The notes under the pieces: model-generated | The model's database searches: none | Seen by the model: the letters and a program-made list of their open reading frames with translations, nothing else | Told to the model about the DNA's origin: nothing | Program-made: the position numbers and the translations under genes | Assembly (NCBI GenBank): GCA_934101115.1 | Contig: CAKOPW010000001.1 | Span: forward strand, 73,295 to 137,294 | Source of the DNA: an uncultured Bacilli bacterium | Lineage (GTDB): Bacteria; Bacillota_I; Bacilli_A; RF39; UBA660 | Direction: 5' to 3' | Length of the DNA: 64,000 nucleotides | In this document: one piece after another, positions 10,896-20,582 of the stretch | Numbering within the stretch: the stretch's first letter is position 1 | Layout: each line of letters begins with the position of its first letter

Positions 10896-11999
10896 CTAGT
10901 CAGTCATAAAGTCTTTTAATTTTTTAGCACGAGAAGGATGTCTTAATTTTCTTAAAGCTTTTGCTTCTATTTGACGAATTCTTTCTCTTGTAACATTAAA
11001 CCTTTTACCAACTTCTTCAAGAGTATAACTTGTTCCATCAATTAATCCAAAACGAAGTTCTAGCACTTGTTGTTCTCTTGGTTGAAGTGTAGATAAAACT
11101 GATTTAATTTCTTCTTTCAAGATTTCGTTTGTTGCATATTCTTCAGGGCTTAAACTTGATTCATCTTTAATGAAATCGCCTAAATGTGAATCATCTTCTT
11201 CACCAATTGGAGTTTCAAGAGAAACTGGATCTTGACTTATTTTTATAACTTCTCTTACTTTATCAACACTGATACCCATTTTTTTAGCAAGTTCTTCATC
11301 ACTTGGTTCACGGTTTAATTCAAGTGTCATTTGTCTTTGAATACGTGCCATTTTATTAATAGTTTCTACCATATGTACTGGAACACGAATTGTTCTTGCT
11401 TGATCTGCAAGTGCACGAGTTATTGCTTGTCTAATCCACCAAGTAGCATAAGTTGAGAATTTGTAACCTTTACCAAAGTCAAACTTTTCTACAGCTTTCA
11501 TAAGACCGATATTTCCTTCTTGAATTAAATCAAGAAATAAAAGTCCGCGTCCAACATATCTTTTAGCAATAGAAACAACTAGACGTAAGTTTGATTCGGC
11601 AAGAATATTTCTAGCTTCTTCGTCGCCATTAGCTACACGCACTGATAAATCCATTTCTTCTTCAGGAGTTAAAAGGGATATACGTCCGATTTCTTTTAAA
11701 TACATACGAACTGGATCGTTGATATTAACGTCTTTAGTTAAATCTTCATCATCAAGTACGATTACTTCTTCTTCTTTTTTTAATCCATCTTCAGAACTTT
11801 TTGCTTCTTCTTCAGTAATAACACTTATTCCGGCTTCTACAAAGCTATTATATAATTGATCTAATGAATCAGCATCCATATCAAGACCTTGTAAAGCTTT
11901 AGCAAGTTCTTCAAATGTAATAAATCCCTTCTTTTGTCCTTCCTCGATTAGTTCTTTTTTTCTTTCATCAAAAGTTTTAATTTCTTCTACTTTTTTCAT
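10896..11999 (-). CDS. sigA: Primary RNA polymerase sigma factor
   Basis: Regions 2-4 recognisable ([31 protein letters not shown]). Overlaps the dnaG stop. Confidence 0.97.
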   Translation of the reverse strand: MKKVEEIKTFDERKKELIEEGQKKGFITFEELAKALQGLDMDADSLDQLYNSFVEAGISVITEEEAKSSEDGLKKEEEVIVLDDEDLTKDVNINDPVRMYLKEIGRISLLTPEEEMDLSVRVANGDEEARNILAESNLRLVVSIAKRYVGRGLLFLDLIQEGNIGLMKAVEKFDFGKGYKFSTYATWWIRQAITRALADQARTIRVPVHMVETINKMARIQRQMTLELNREPSDEELAKKMGISVDKVREVIKISQDPVSLETPIGEEDDSHLGDFIKDESSLSPEEYATNEILKEEIKSVLSTLQPREQQVLELRFGLIDGTSYTLEEVGKRFNVTRERIRQIEAKALRKLRHPSRAKKLKDFMTD

Positions 12000-13720
12000 T
12001 TAACACACATCCTCTTTTTTAAATTCACTATTTCATCATTAATACGAAGTTTTTCATTTATATCCGTTGTCGTTTTTAACTTTTCTTTCAATTCTTTTAT
12101 CTTTCTTTCGTTAGCTAGATCTTTTACTTTATTTACAACATCTATAATTTCTTCATCACTTAACGTATTTTGAATAAATTCGTCTATAACTTGAATTGCA
12201 AGTTCGTAAGCATCACTTTCAACCTCATATGATATAAAATCAGCAATACTTATATAATTATATTTTATATAGAAAGCCAATAAATCATTTGCAAGTGTAT
12301 TATACTCATCATTTGGTAAATATGCAAGTTCTTGTTCATATAGTCTAATGTATTTAGTATCATTCATCATATAGTAACAAATTAAACCATATAATTTCTC
12401 GTCCTTTTTTAATCTTTTTTTTACTTCTACTTTGGTTATAGTTTCTGGCTTGTTTTCAACTTTAATGACTTTATTCATCAATGTATTTTTGTCAATTCCG
12501 TAATCGTTTGCCAGTTTATTAATCGTTAAATCTATTAAAATATCATCTTTACACTTACTTAATTCTGAAAGTATAGAATTAACATACGCTGAAACGTCAT
12601 CGACCTTATCAAAGTTTTTGTTTTTCTTTAATTGATTCAATTTGAAATCAAAGAATGTTACGGCATGTTCTACCGCGTCTATGAATTCACTTACATCATG
12701 GCTAGTTAAATATTCATCTGGGTCTTTGGCTCCACTGATTCTTAATACTAAAGTTTCAATTCCGGCCTCGCTTAATTTTTCTCCATTTTTTATTGTAGCC
12801 ATTTCTCCAGCTGAGTCATTATCCATACATAAAACGACTTTAACGTTTAATTTACTTAAAAGTTTAATATGTTCTTTTGTAAGTGCTGTACCCATAGTTG
12901 CAACAACGTTTTTTACTCCGCAAGAATAAACTCTTATTGCATCCATTTGACCTTCAACAATTATTATAGTTTTCTTTAACCTTGCTTCACTTACGGCTCG
13001 ATGATAATTAAATAATACTTCACCTTTTTTAAATATAACTGTTTCCTTGGTGTTTACATACTTGGCGTCGTCGCTTTGTTTATATATACGAGCACTTATT
13101 CCAACTGGTTTTCCGTTTGCGTTGTGTATTGGGAAAGTTATACGATTTTTAAATATATCATATATTTTATTACCGTGGTTTATTAATCCAACATCAAGTA
13201 AAACATTTTCATCAAAACCTTTATTTAAAAGTAAACTTGATAAGGCATCATTATTGGGTGCTAATCCAATTTCAAATTCATCTATTACTTCATCGCTTAA
13301 TGCACGATTTTGCAAATATTTTTTAGCTTCAATTCCATCCTTGCTTCTTAAATTGTTTTGATAAAATTTAATAGCTAAATTCATAGCTTCATAATGTTTA
13401 TCATATTTACTAGTGACATGAATACCAGTACTTAGTGAAACACCTATTTTATCAGCAACAACTTTTACCGCTTCGATAAAACTTATATTTTCAAAATCTT
13501 GAACAAAGTTAAATACATTTCCAGTTTTGTGACAAACGAAGCAGGTAAATATTCCTTTTTCTTCACTTACTGACATTGATGGATTATGGTCATCATGAAA
13601 TGGACATATTCCAAAATAGTTACTACCTTTTTTTTCAAGACTAATATATGAGCTAATTATGTCTACAATATTAGCTTGTTTTTGAATTGAATTAATTTCT
13701 TCATTACTAATTGCAGCCAT
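11996..13720 (-). CDS. dnaG: DNA primase
   Basis: Zinc-ribbon [13 protein letters not shown]...CFVCH and a TOPRIM segment (EGQMD, DNDSAG). Confidence 0.95.
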   Translation of the reverse strand: MAAISNEEINSIQKQANIVDIISSYISLEKKGSNYFGICPFHDDHNPSMSVSEEKGIFTCFVCHKTGNVFNFVQDFENISFIEAVKVVADKIGVSLSTGIHVTSKYDKHYEAMNLAIKFYQNNLRSKDGIEAKKYLQNRALSDEVIDEFEIGLAPNNDALSSLLLNKGFDENVLLDVGLINHGNKIYDIFKNRITFPIHNANGKPVGISARIYKQSDDAKYVNTKETVIFKKGEVLFNYHRAVSEARLKKTIIIVEGQMDAIRVYSCGVKNVVATMGTALTKEHIKLLSKLNVKVVLCMDNDSAGEMATIKNGEKLSEAGIETLVLRISGAKDPDEYLTSHDVSEFIDAVEHAVTFFDFKLNQLKKNKNFDKVDDVSAYVNSILSELSKCKDDILIDLTINKLANDYGIDKNTLMNKVIKVENKPETITKVEVKKRLKKDEKLYGLICYYMMNDTKYIRLYEQELAYLPNDEYNTLANDLLAFYIKYNYISIADFISYEVESDAYELAIQVIDEFIQNTLSDEEIIDVVNKVKDLANERKIKELKEKLKTTTDINEKLRINDEIVNLKKRMCVK

Positions 13721-13794
13721 AATTTCACCTTCTAATTATATATTTTACCCTAAAAGTCTTAAATTTCTTCTTTTTTTTGACATTTTTTGAAAAA

Positions 13795-13822
13795 AACATA
13801 AAAAAAGAGGAATAATCCTCTT
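13795..13822 (-). terminator. Rho-independent terminator after glycine-rich gene 1
   Basis: On the minus strand: AAGAGGA-ttat-TCCTCTT followed by a T-run. Confidence 0.6.
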
Positions 13823-13831
13823 GAAAAACTA

Positions 13832-16069
13832 TTAATCTTGACTTATCAATGTTATTTTTGCGTATCCATTGCCGGTGTTTCCAACAGCAGTAGATAATCC
13901 ATCATGAGAAGGCATTTGTGTTTTGGTTCCTTTAACAGTTGTCCAACTATAGCCATTACCATCTATCATTGTTGTGTTTTTAAAAATGATATTGCTGTAA
14001 TGATATGAGCAAGTTATATCGGTTGTTCCATCCTTACATGTTGCTCCCTTACTATCACTTCTTGGTGTAGTACTGTTTTGTGATGAAACCGCAACACAAC
14101 CAGCGTGTCCGGAGATAAATGATGAACCACCACCAGCACCCGAAACGGCTGTATGACCTCCGGCCCCTACCCAATCATAAAAATTTCCAGACCAGTATCC
14201 GTTTCCTCCAGTATTATTATAAAAATAGCTTCCTCCGGTATTAAGCAAAGGAACGTATCCAAAGGCGTGACCTGAAGTTTGAGTGGCGCCTTGAGCTCCT
14301 GTATGTTCTGTAACATTACCAGAAACACAACTTCCACCTTGATAACCAATCAAACCTCCAGCTGACCCTCCATATGGACTTCCCCCGTCAGTTGGATTTA
14401 AACCGCCTTGAGCTCCACCGCCGCCAGCAACCATTATTCTTGAAGTGAGAGATGATAGACTATCCCAACTACCATTTACTAACCTTATATCAGTGGCTCC
14501 TCCTCCAGTTTTAGTATAATTTTGATAACCATAATTGAAAACATAGTCCGTTGACGAAGAATCTAATCCAGATCTTCCAACATAAACATAAAATTTATTG
14601 CCTTTTTTAGCATTTAATTCACCACTTACATAACTTCCGTTTGCCGTTTGATAATAAGCGCCACCTTGCGCTCCCCAAAGCTCAAATTTGTAGGTTCCAT
14701 TTACAGGAGCGATAAAAATTTGTTCACCTCCGGTGTAGTCATAAGTCCATACTTTTTGACTATCATAAGCTTTTTTTGTTCTAGATACTTTATTTAGTTT
14801 TAACTTACATATTAAAGATTTACTATTGATATTATTTATAACTTGATTAGTGCTTTCTTGTGCTTTAATTTCTATTTGTTCGGTTGTTACATTAGTTGGT
14901 GATGATAATAAAGTGATACGAGCATATCCATTTCCTTGCTTTGCACAGTTTTCAGTTGGTGTTGCACTTGTACATGTAGTATTTATTGTTTTTGTATTTT
15001 CTTCGGAAGATTCTTCACAGCTATAGCAATACATACTTTTTTCACTTAAAAGTGAATTACCAATATAACCTGATCCTCCAGCTCCGGATCCTCCCCAAGA
15101 AGCTCCACCTCCATAGAAACCACCACCACCTGATGCCGATGCAAATTCTTTAGTTGTTGTCGATCCACCTCCAACTCCAAAATTTCCATTTAGCCATGAT
15201 TCTTTAGAATTACCAGTTAAGTTACCTCCACCGTAACCTCCGGAGCTTTGTGTTCCACCGGTTGGATTGTTGTTCGCGATTGTTCCATTTGAATAGTTTT
15301 TTGTTGTAGTGGAACCGACATAGCCTCCACCAGCACCGCCATTATCTGCTAACCACCAAGTGCAGGCTCCGCCTCCGCCTCCTGCGACAATTAAAATACC
15401 ATTTAATTTTGAACTAAATTGAGATAGATTTCCACTGTTACTTAATATATGAGTTGAACCACCACCAGTACTAAAATTGATATTGTTTGTATCAGGATTA
15501 TTAACTCTTACATTTCCACTATTAGGATAAGCATATACTACTCCTGAAGATCCGGATGAGTTTAAATTTTTTCCCTTTTCCCCAACATAAATATAAATTT
15601 TGTCACTAGAAGGTAAATTTATTGTACCACTAGAGTACCCTCCATATCCTCCGTGATAACCGTTCGAATCTGTTCCTCCTTGAGCTCCCCATACATCAAA
15701 CTTATATGTTCCACTAACTGGTACAGTAAATGTTTGCTCTCCTCCTGTATAATCATAGTTCCAAACTTTTCCTACATTTTCATCTTCTTTTACACATTCT
15801 AAATAAGCTTCTGTATCATATTCTGTTGAATCATTTACTATATCTACACTTATGTCTCCATTTATATCACTTATTGTAAATTCATCTTTTGCATCGTTTA
15901 TTCCATCCACTTCAGTACCATTTACTTTTAATGAAGATAGGTATACTTTGAAATCATTTAAGTTTTCGGCTAGCTTTGAATTTCCATATATATTTATTGT
16001 TGCATTATATGCTGCATATCCGATTGTCATAAATAAAACTGTTATCAAAAGTATTGGCATCTTCTTCAT
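13832..16069 (-). CDS. Secreted or anchored glycine-rich protein with two Gly-rich (ALK/LTK GlyR-like) modules
   Basis: 745 aa with an N-terminal hydrophobic leader. Two repeats each contain W.YDYTGGEQ.F..PV.GTYKF..WGAQGG...GGYGG, poly-G blocks (VAGGGGG, GGGGFYGGG) and a Cys-rich end MYCYSCEES...CAKQGNGYARITL. Confidence 0.75.
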   Translation of the reverse strand: MKKMPILLITVLFMTIGYAAYNATINIYGNSKLAENLNDFKVYLSSLKVNGTEVDGINDAKDEFTISDINGDISVDIVNDSTEYDTEAYLECVKEDENVGKVWNYDYTGGEQTFTVPVSGTYKFDVWGAQGGTDSNGYHGGYGGYSSGTINLPSSDKIYIYVGEKGKNLNSSGSSGVVYAYPNSGNVRVNNPDTNNINFSTGGGSTHILSNSGNLSQFSSKLNGILIVAGGGGGACTWWLADNGGAGGGYVGSTTTKNYSNGTIANNNPTGGTQSSGGYGGGNLTGNSKESWLNGNFGVGGGSTTTKEFASASGGGGFYGGGASWGGSGAGGSGYIGNSLLSEKSMYCYSCEESSEENTKTINTTCTSATPTENCAKQGNGYARITLLSSPTNVTTEQIEIKAQESTNQVINNINSKSLICKLKLNKVSRTKKAYDSQKVWTYDYTGGEQIFIAPVNGTYKFELWGAQGGAYYQTANGSYVSGELNAKKGNKFYVYVGRSGLDSSSTDYVFNYGYQNYTKTGGGATDIRLVNGSWDSLSSLTSRIMVAGGGGAQGGLNPTDGGSPYGGSAGGLIGYQGGSCVSGNVTEHTGAQGATQTSGHAFGYVPLLNTGGSYFYNNTGGNGYWSGNFYDWVGAGGHTAVSGAGGGSSFISGHAGCVAVSSQNSTTPRSDSKGATCKDGTTDITCSYHYSNIIFKNTTMIDGNGYSWTTVKGTKTQMPSHDGLSTAVGNTGNGYAKITLISQD

Positions 16070-16103
16070 TTTTACATCTTCCTTATCTTTCTATTTTTAT
16101 TTT

Positions 16104-16131
16104 ATAATACCCCCCCCGATTTTCAAGTCAA
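16104..16131 (-). promoter_or_regulatory. Sigma-A-type promoter of glycine-rich gene 1 with a G8 tract in the spacer
   Basis: Minus strand reads TTGACT (16131-16126), then a 16-nt spacer tgaaaatcGGGGGGGG, then TATTAT (16109-16104). The C8 run on the plus strand is at 16110-16117. Confidence 0.55.
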
Positions 16132-16147
16132 ACCAAAAAATTTTGCA

Positions 16148-16173
16148 CAAAAAAATTATGCTTTTTTGCATAA
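16148..16173 (-). terminator. Weak terminator after glycine-rich gene 2
   Basis: On the minus strand: TTATGC-aaaaaa-GCATAA followed by T7. Confidence 0.4.
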
Positions 16174-16178
16174 CTTTT

Positions 16179-18329
16179 TTAATCTATACTTACTAAAGTA
16201 ATACGCGCATATCCATTTCCTTGCTTTGCACAGTTTTCAGTTGGATTAGAATTCACACATGTTGTTGAAATTGTTTTAGTTGATATTTCAGTTGACTCAG
16301 TACAATTATAGCAGTACATCGCCTTATTTGATAAAAAAGAATTTCCAATATAACTAGATCCTCCACCGGCTCCAGATATTCTACTACCTCCGCCTCCATA
16401 GAAGCCGCCGCCACCTCCTACAGAATATTGTGATAAATTGAAATTGTAGTCATAACCAAGTCCAAATGAGCCACAAAGTTTATTTTCATTGTTACAACCA
16501 GCGGCAGTTTGAGTTGCTCCTAAACCATATGTATTAGCTACTGCATGAGCGGATAAGTTATATCCATCTTGTCCCTTAACTCCTCCAGCTGACCCTCCAG
16601 TACCATAATTAACCGTATTACAATATGTTCCTCCGCCGCCTCCACCGGCAACAATTAATATTTGGTCCTTATTATTTTCTAAAGTTGATAGTAAACCTGA
16701 TGTGGTTGCTATATGCGTTGCTCCGCCTCCAGAACTATTTAAACTGTACCTACAACCACGATTATTATTTTTGGCTGATCCCCCACCATTATAACCACCT
16801 TCAACAAAGCGATTAAAAGAAGTAGCTGTTTGACCAGTTCCTCCTACATTGATATAAAGAGTATCGTTAAGATTTAAATTTACATATCCTATAGAATAGC
16901 CTCCATAACCTCCACTATAAACGTCAGTAGCGCTGCCACCTTGGGCTCCCCATACCTCTAACTTATATGTTCCAGTTTCTTTTATAGAGTATTTTTCTTC
17001 CTCTCCTGTATATATAAAACTTGCTTCATTTTTTTCTTTAGAGTTTTCTTTAGATACTTTTTGAATTTTGAGACTGCAAACTAATTTCTCGCCAGTAACA
17101 TTCATAAATTTTTGCTTTAACGTGGAAGAAGATTTTATGTTGTTTTTGTTGGAAGAAAAACCAACTGGTGTCCACTCGTAGCTCTCAATAAAACTAATCT
17201 TAGCATAGCCATTTCCGGATTTAGGACAATTTGCAGTTGGTGTTGCACTTGTACATGTTGTACTTATTGTTTTTGTAGATGTTTCACTTGATTCCGTACA
17301 ATTATAACAATACATACTTTTTTCTAACAACAGTGAATTCCCTATATAACTTGAACCTCCAGCACCTGCTCCGATGTTTGCTCCACTTCCACCATAATAC
17401 CCACTTCCTCCTCCGGAACCTGCTCCGTCATGGTATATAGTCATAGCAGAATTTCCACCTTGTCCAAAAGATCCACAGTCAGCTCCGTTGCTATTACAAC
17501 CAGCCGAGCTTTGATTTCCGGGATTTGAAAGACGGCCGACACCTGTATAATCTTGTAATAAATTTGTTGGTCTCATACCTGTATATCCTCCTGCTGAGCC
17601 TCCAACACCACCATTTGAACCATTGGTATAATGTCCACCTCCGCCTCCTGCAGCTACAATAATTAAATCTTTTTTATTGTTTACAAATGTAGATAAAAGA
17701 CCTGACGAAGTTGCTATATGTGTCGCTCCGCCTCCACCAGCAGCTAGAGATTCAGTTTGAGTGTATGCTAAAGCTGAACCGCCTCCATTATATCCTCCAT
17801 CACATCTAGTAGCAGTTGTACAATTTTTACCTGTTGATCCAACATTGATATAGAGCTTATCATCAACGCTCAACTCTATATTTCCTTTTGAATAACCACC
17901 ATAGCCTCCATGAAATTCATCATTTGCACTTCCACCTTGCGCTCCCCAAACTTCTAGAGTATACACTCCGTTTACTGGTGCAGTAAATGTTTGTTCGCTT
18001 CCTGTATAGTCAAAAGACCATTCATCACCAGCAATCTTTTTTGTAAGTTCACACTCTAAGTAAGCATCGGCATCATATTCTGTTGAATCATTTTTTATTT
18101 CATATTCAACGCTCCCATTTAAAGTAGAGTCTATTGTAAATTCGTCTTTTGCATCATTTATTCCATTCACTTCTGTTCCATTTACTTTTAATGAAGATAA
18201 GTATACTTTAAAGTCACTTAAGTTTTCAGCTAGCAATGTATTTCCATATATGTTTATTGTTGCATTATATGCTGCATAGCCTATTACCATAAATAAAACT
18301 GTTATCAAAAGTATTGTTGTTTTCTTCAT
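16179..18329 (-). CDS. Paralogous glycine-rich protein with two Gly-rich modules
   Basis: 716 aa. The first ~65 aa and the 5' leader are nearly identical to those of 13832-16069, and the architecture is the same (WGAQGG..GGYGGYS.., MYCYNCTES...NGYA.I). Confidence 0.75.
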   Translation of the reverse strand: MKKTTILLITVLFMVIGYAAYNATINIYGNTLLAENLSDFKVYLSSLKVNGTEVNGINDAKDEFTIDSTLNGSVEYEIKNDSTEYDADAYLECELTKKIAGDEWSFDYTGSEQTFTAPVNGVYTLEVWGAQGGSANDEFHGGYGGYSKGNIELSVDDKLYINVGSTGKNCTTATRCDGGYNGGGSALAYTQTESLAAGGGGATHIATSSGLLSTFVNNKKDLIIVAAGGGGGHYTNGSNGGVGGSAGGYTGMRPTNLLQDYTGVGRLSNPGNQSSAGCNSNGADCGSFGQGGNSAMTIYHDGAGSGGGSGYYGGSGANIGAGAGGSSYIGNSLLLEKSMYCYNCTESSETSTKTISTTCTSATPTANCPKSGNGYAKISFIESYEWTPVGFSSNKNNIKSSSTLKQKFMNVTGEKLVCSLKIQKVSKENSKEKNEASFIYTGEEEKYSIKETGTYKLEVWGAQGGSATDVYSGGYGGYSIGYVNLNLNDTLYINVGGTGQTATSFNRFVEGGYNGGGSAKNNNRGCRYSLNSSGGGATHIATTSGLLSTLENNKDQILIVAGGGGGGTYCNTVNYGTGGSAGGVKGQDGYNLSAHAVANTYGLGATQTAAGCNNENKLCGSFGLGYDYNFNLSQYSVGGGGGFYGGGGSRISGAGGGSSYIGNSFLSNKAMYCYNCTESTEISTKTISTTCVNSNPTENCAKQGNGYARITLVSID

Positions 18330-18362
18330 TTTTACATCTCCGTATCTTTCTATTTTTATTTT

Positions 18363-18390
18363 ATAATACCCCCCCCGATTTGCAAGTTAA
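18363..18390 (-). promoter_or_regulatory. Duplicate promoter of glycine-rich gene 2 with a G8 tract in the spacer
   Basis: Minus strand reads TTAACT (18390-18385), then a 16-nt spacer tgcaaatcGGGGGGGG, then TATTAT (18368-18363). The C8 run on the plus strand is at 18369-18376. Confidence 0.5.
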
Positions 18391-18413
18391 TTCAAAAATA
18401 TTTGCACAAAAAT

Positions 18414-18446
18414 CAAAAAAACATCATTTTATAGTTGATGTTTTTG
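18414..18446. terminator. Bidirectional hairpin terminator, probably the end of the mnmA transcript
   Basis: ACATCA-ttttatagt-TGATGT flanked by A7 on the left and T5 on the right. Confidence 0.5.
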
Positions 18447-18470
18447 GTAAAATCGTGATATCATTTATTT

Positions 18471-18542
18471 GGTGAGCAAATCACCTGTTTATGGGAATAC
18501 TCATAGACACCACTTTGGTAGCTCTTCTCGGCTACCTTTTTT
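18471..18542 (+). ncRNA. Candidate small RNA (about 72 nt) of unknown class
   Basis: Plus strand has TTGATG (18435-18440), 18 nt, then an extended -10 TGaTATCAT (18456-18464). It also has hairpin GGTGA-gcaaa-TCACC, and a terminator GGTAGC-tcttctcg-GCTACC followed by T6 that has a U-tail only on the plus strand. No plus-strand ORF is present. Confidence 0.25.
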
Positions 18543-18562
18543 GTTGCAATAAAAAAAGCTTT

Positions 18563-19672
18563 TTATAAATACCAAAGCTTTTCTCCGTTTTTTCTAACTG
18601 TTTTAATTATTCCTGATCCAATACATTGTTCACCTAGATAAATAACACATGCTTGTCCTGGAGTAACTGCTGGAACTTTTTCTGGATAACTTACTTTTAT
18701 TTCATTATTATCCAAATATTCTAACATTACTTCATAATCCGGCCCACGATATCTAAATTTTGCTGTTGCAAATGTTGGGTGATTTGGGCTAATCAAGTTA
18801 ACGTCTTCAATTATACACTCATCACTATAAAGGGTTTCTGGATTATCACCAAAAGCGACAAATAAGATATTTTTCTCTACATCTTTTCCAACAACAAAAT
18901 GTTTATCTTTAAAACCTGATACTCCAACATTTCTTCTTTGACCAATTGTATAATTCATTAAACCATTGTGAGTACCAATAATTTCTCCTGAGTCTATATC
19001 AACTATATTACCTGGATTAGGTTTTAAATAGTTATGTAAAAATTTTTGATAATTTCTTTCTCCGATAAAACAAATACCTGTGGAATCTTTTTTCTTGGCT
19101 GTTGGAAGATTTATCTTACTTGCAATTTCTCTAACTTCACTTTTTTCTAAATCACCGACTGGAAATAAAACATCTTTTAATTGGTCTGCTGATACTTGAG
19201 CTAAAAAGTAAGTTTGATCTTTATTAGAATCAACTCCTCTTAAAAGTTTGTTTCCAACTATTCTAGCATAATGACCTGTTGCAATATAATCAGCTCCAAG
19301 TTTTTTTGCTTCTTTTTTAAATAAATCAAATTTAATATATTTGTTACACATTAAATCAGGATTTGGAGTTCTTCCTTTTTTTAATTCATCCAAGAAATAT
19401 GTGAATACGTTATCCCAATACTCTTTAATAAAATCAACCCTATGTAAAGGAATACCTAAAGTGTTACAAACCTCTAACGCATCATTATAATCTTGTTCTT
19501 GCGGACATATATTATTTCCTAAATTAGGATTTCCTTCTGTATCATTATTAACTAAAGAGTCCCAATTTCTCATAAACAGTCCAATTACTTCGTATCCTTG
19601 CTTTTGTAGTAAATAAGCAGCAACTGATGAATCAACACCGCCACTCATACCAACAACAACTTTTTTAGCCAT
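18563..19672 (-). CDS. mnmA: tRNA 2-thiouridine(34) synthase
   Basis: PP-loop VVGMSGGVDSSVAA and the rest of the MnmA sequence (CNKYIKF, GHYAR). Confidence 0.95.
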   Translation of the reverse strand: MAKKVVVGMSGGVDSSVAAYLLQKQGYEVIGLFMRNWDSLVNNDTEGNPNLGNNICPQEQDYNDALEVCNTLGIPLHRVDFIKEYWDNVFTYFLDELKKGRTPNPDLMCNKYIKFDLFKKEAKKLGADYIATGHYARIVGNKLLRGVDSNKDQTYFLAQVSADQLKDVLFPVGDLEKSEVREIASKINLPTAKKKDSTGICFIGERNYQKFLHNYLKPNPGNIVDIDSGEIIGTHNGLMNYTIGQRRNVGVSGFKDKHFVVGKDVEKNILFVAFGDNPETLYSDECIIEDVNLISPNHPTFATAKFRYRGPDYEVMLEYLDNNEIKVSYPEKVPAVTPGQACVIYLGEQCIGSGIIKTVRKNGEKLWYL

Positions 19673-19732
19673 AATTCCACCTCTACTGCATTAATTATAG
19701 TATAAGTTACATCATTTAGCAAATGAAAAAGA

Positions 19733-20284
19733 CTATAATATAAAAGTAAAATATTTGACCAGTTTATATAAAAGAAAATAATTTAATAAATCGTATATAA
19801 CAATAAAAATAGTTATTAATAAATACTTTTTAACCATTGGTTTCATTAAAACTATTAAATAATCGGTACTTAATCCAACAACATTTGATAGACTTTTTTT
19901 GACATATTTAACACCGACAATAAATAGATAAAATAATATAATTATGAATAATCCTTTATTTAGAAGTAAATTAATTAATGAATAAATAATTCCTTTGATA
20001 CCATAAGTTTTAAAAAATGCTGATATAACAAAGCCAACAGAAACACCTTCAAATCCAATATAAAAGCCATTTATTAGTATTCCGATTAATGATATCGTTG
20101 AGAAGAAAAATAGCATAATAACTAATAAATGATTAAATAAAAGCATGTTTTTATCAATATTCTTTACATATTCACTTATATCATAAGGATTATTAATTCC
20201 ATAAATAAAGCCAACAATTAAAGAAATTACAAAAATAGATACTACGAGTACTAGAGCATATTTATTCTTTTTCAAAACTATCAC
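19733..20284 (-). CDS. Polytopic membrane protein, possibly SpoIIM-like
   Basis: 183 aa with about 5 TM helices. The start is uncertain: the listed GTG overlaps the AGGTGA RBS, so TTG at 20275 is more likely. Confidence 0.4.
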   Translation of the reverse strand: MIVLKKNKYALVLVVSIFVISLIVGFIYGINNPYDISEYVKNIDKNMLLFNHLLVIMLFFFSTISLIGILINGFYIGFEGVSVGFVISAFFKTYGIKGIIYSLINLLLNKGLFIIILFYLFIVGVKYVKKSLSNVVGLSTDYLIVLMKPMVKKYLLITIFIVIYDLLNYFLLYKLVKYFTFIL

Positions 20285-20351
20285 CTATTAATTTATATTT
20301 TAATCTTTAAATTTTATTCTAAATATTATATAATTTATGCAGGTGAAGTTT

Positions 20352-20543
20352 ATGAAAGATGAAAAAAGCTATGAAACTGTTGGAAATATAAAAATTAAAG
20401 AAGCTAAAAAAAAGAAAAAAAATAGAAAATCAAGTGATACTCCACTTGGTGTAAAAATATTTGTTTGGGTAATGTTCTTTGCAATGCTTGCAAGTATCGC
20501 TGCTCCTTTGGTTTATTATTTTATAACAGCAACTAGCAAATAG
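20352..20543 (+). CDS. Small Lys-rich single-TM protein
   Basis: AGGTGA lies 5 nt before the ATG at 20352. The sequence has a K-rich stretch followed by TM IFVWVMFFAMLASIAAPLVYYFI. Hairpin ACACTCA-att-GAGTGT plus T7 follows. Confidence 0.5.
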   Translation: MKDEKSYETVGNIKIKEAKKKKKNRKSSDTPLGVKIFVWVMFFAMLASIAAPLVYYFITATSK

Positions 20544-20582
20544 ACACTCAATTGAGTGTTTTTTTCATGAAAAAAATGAGCT

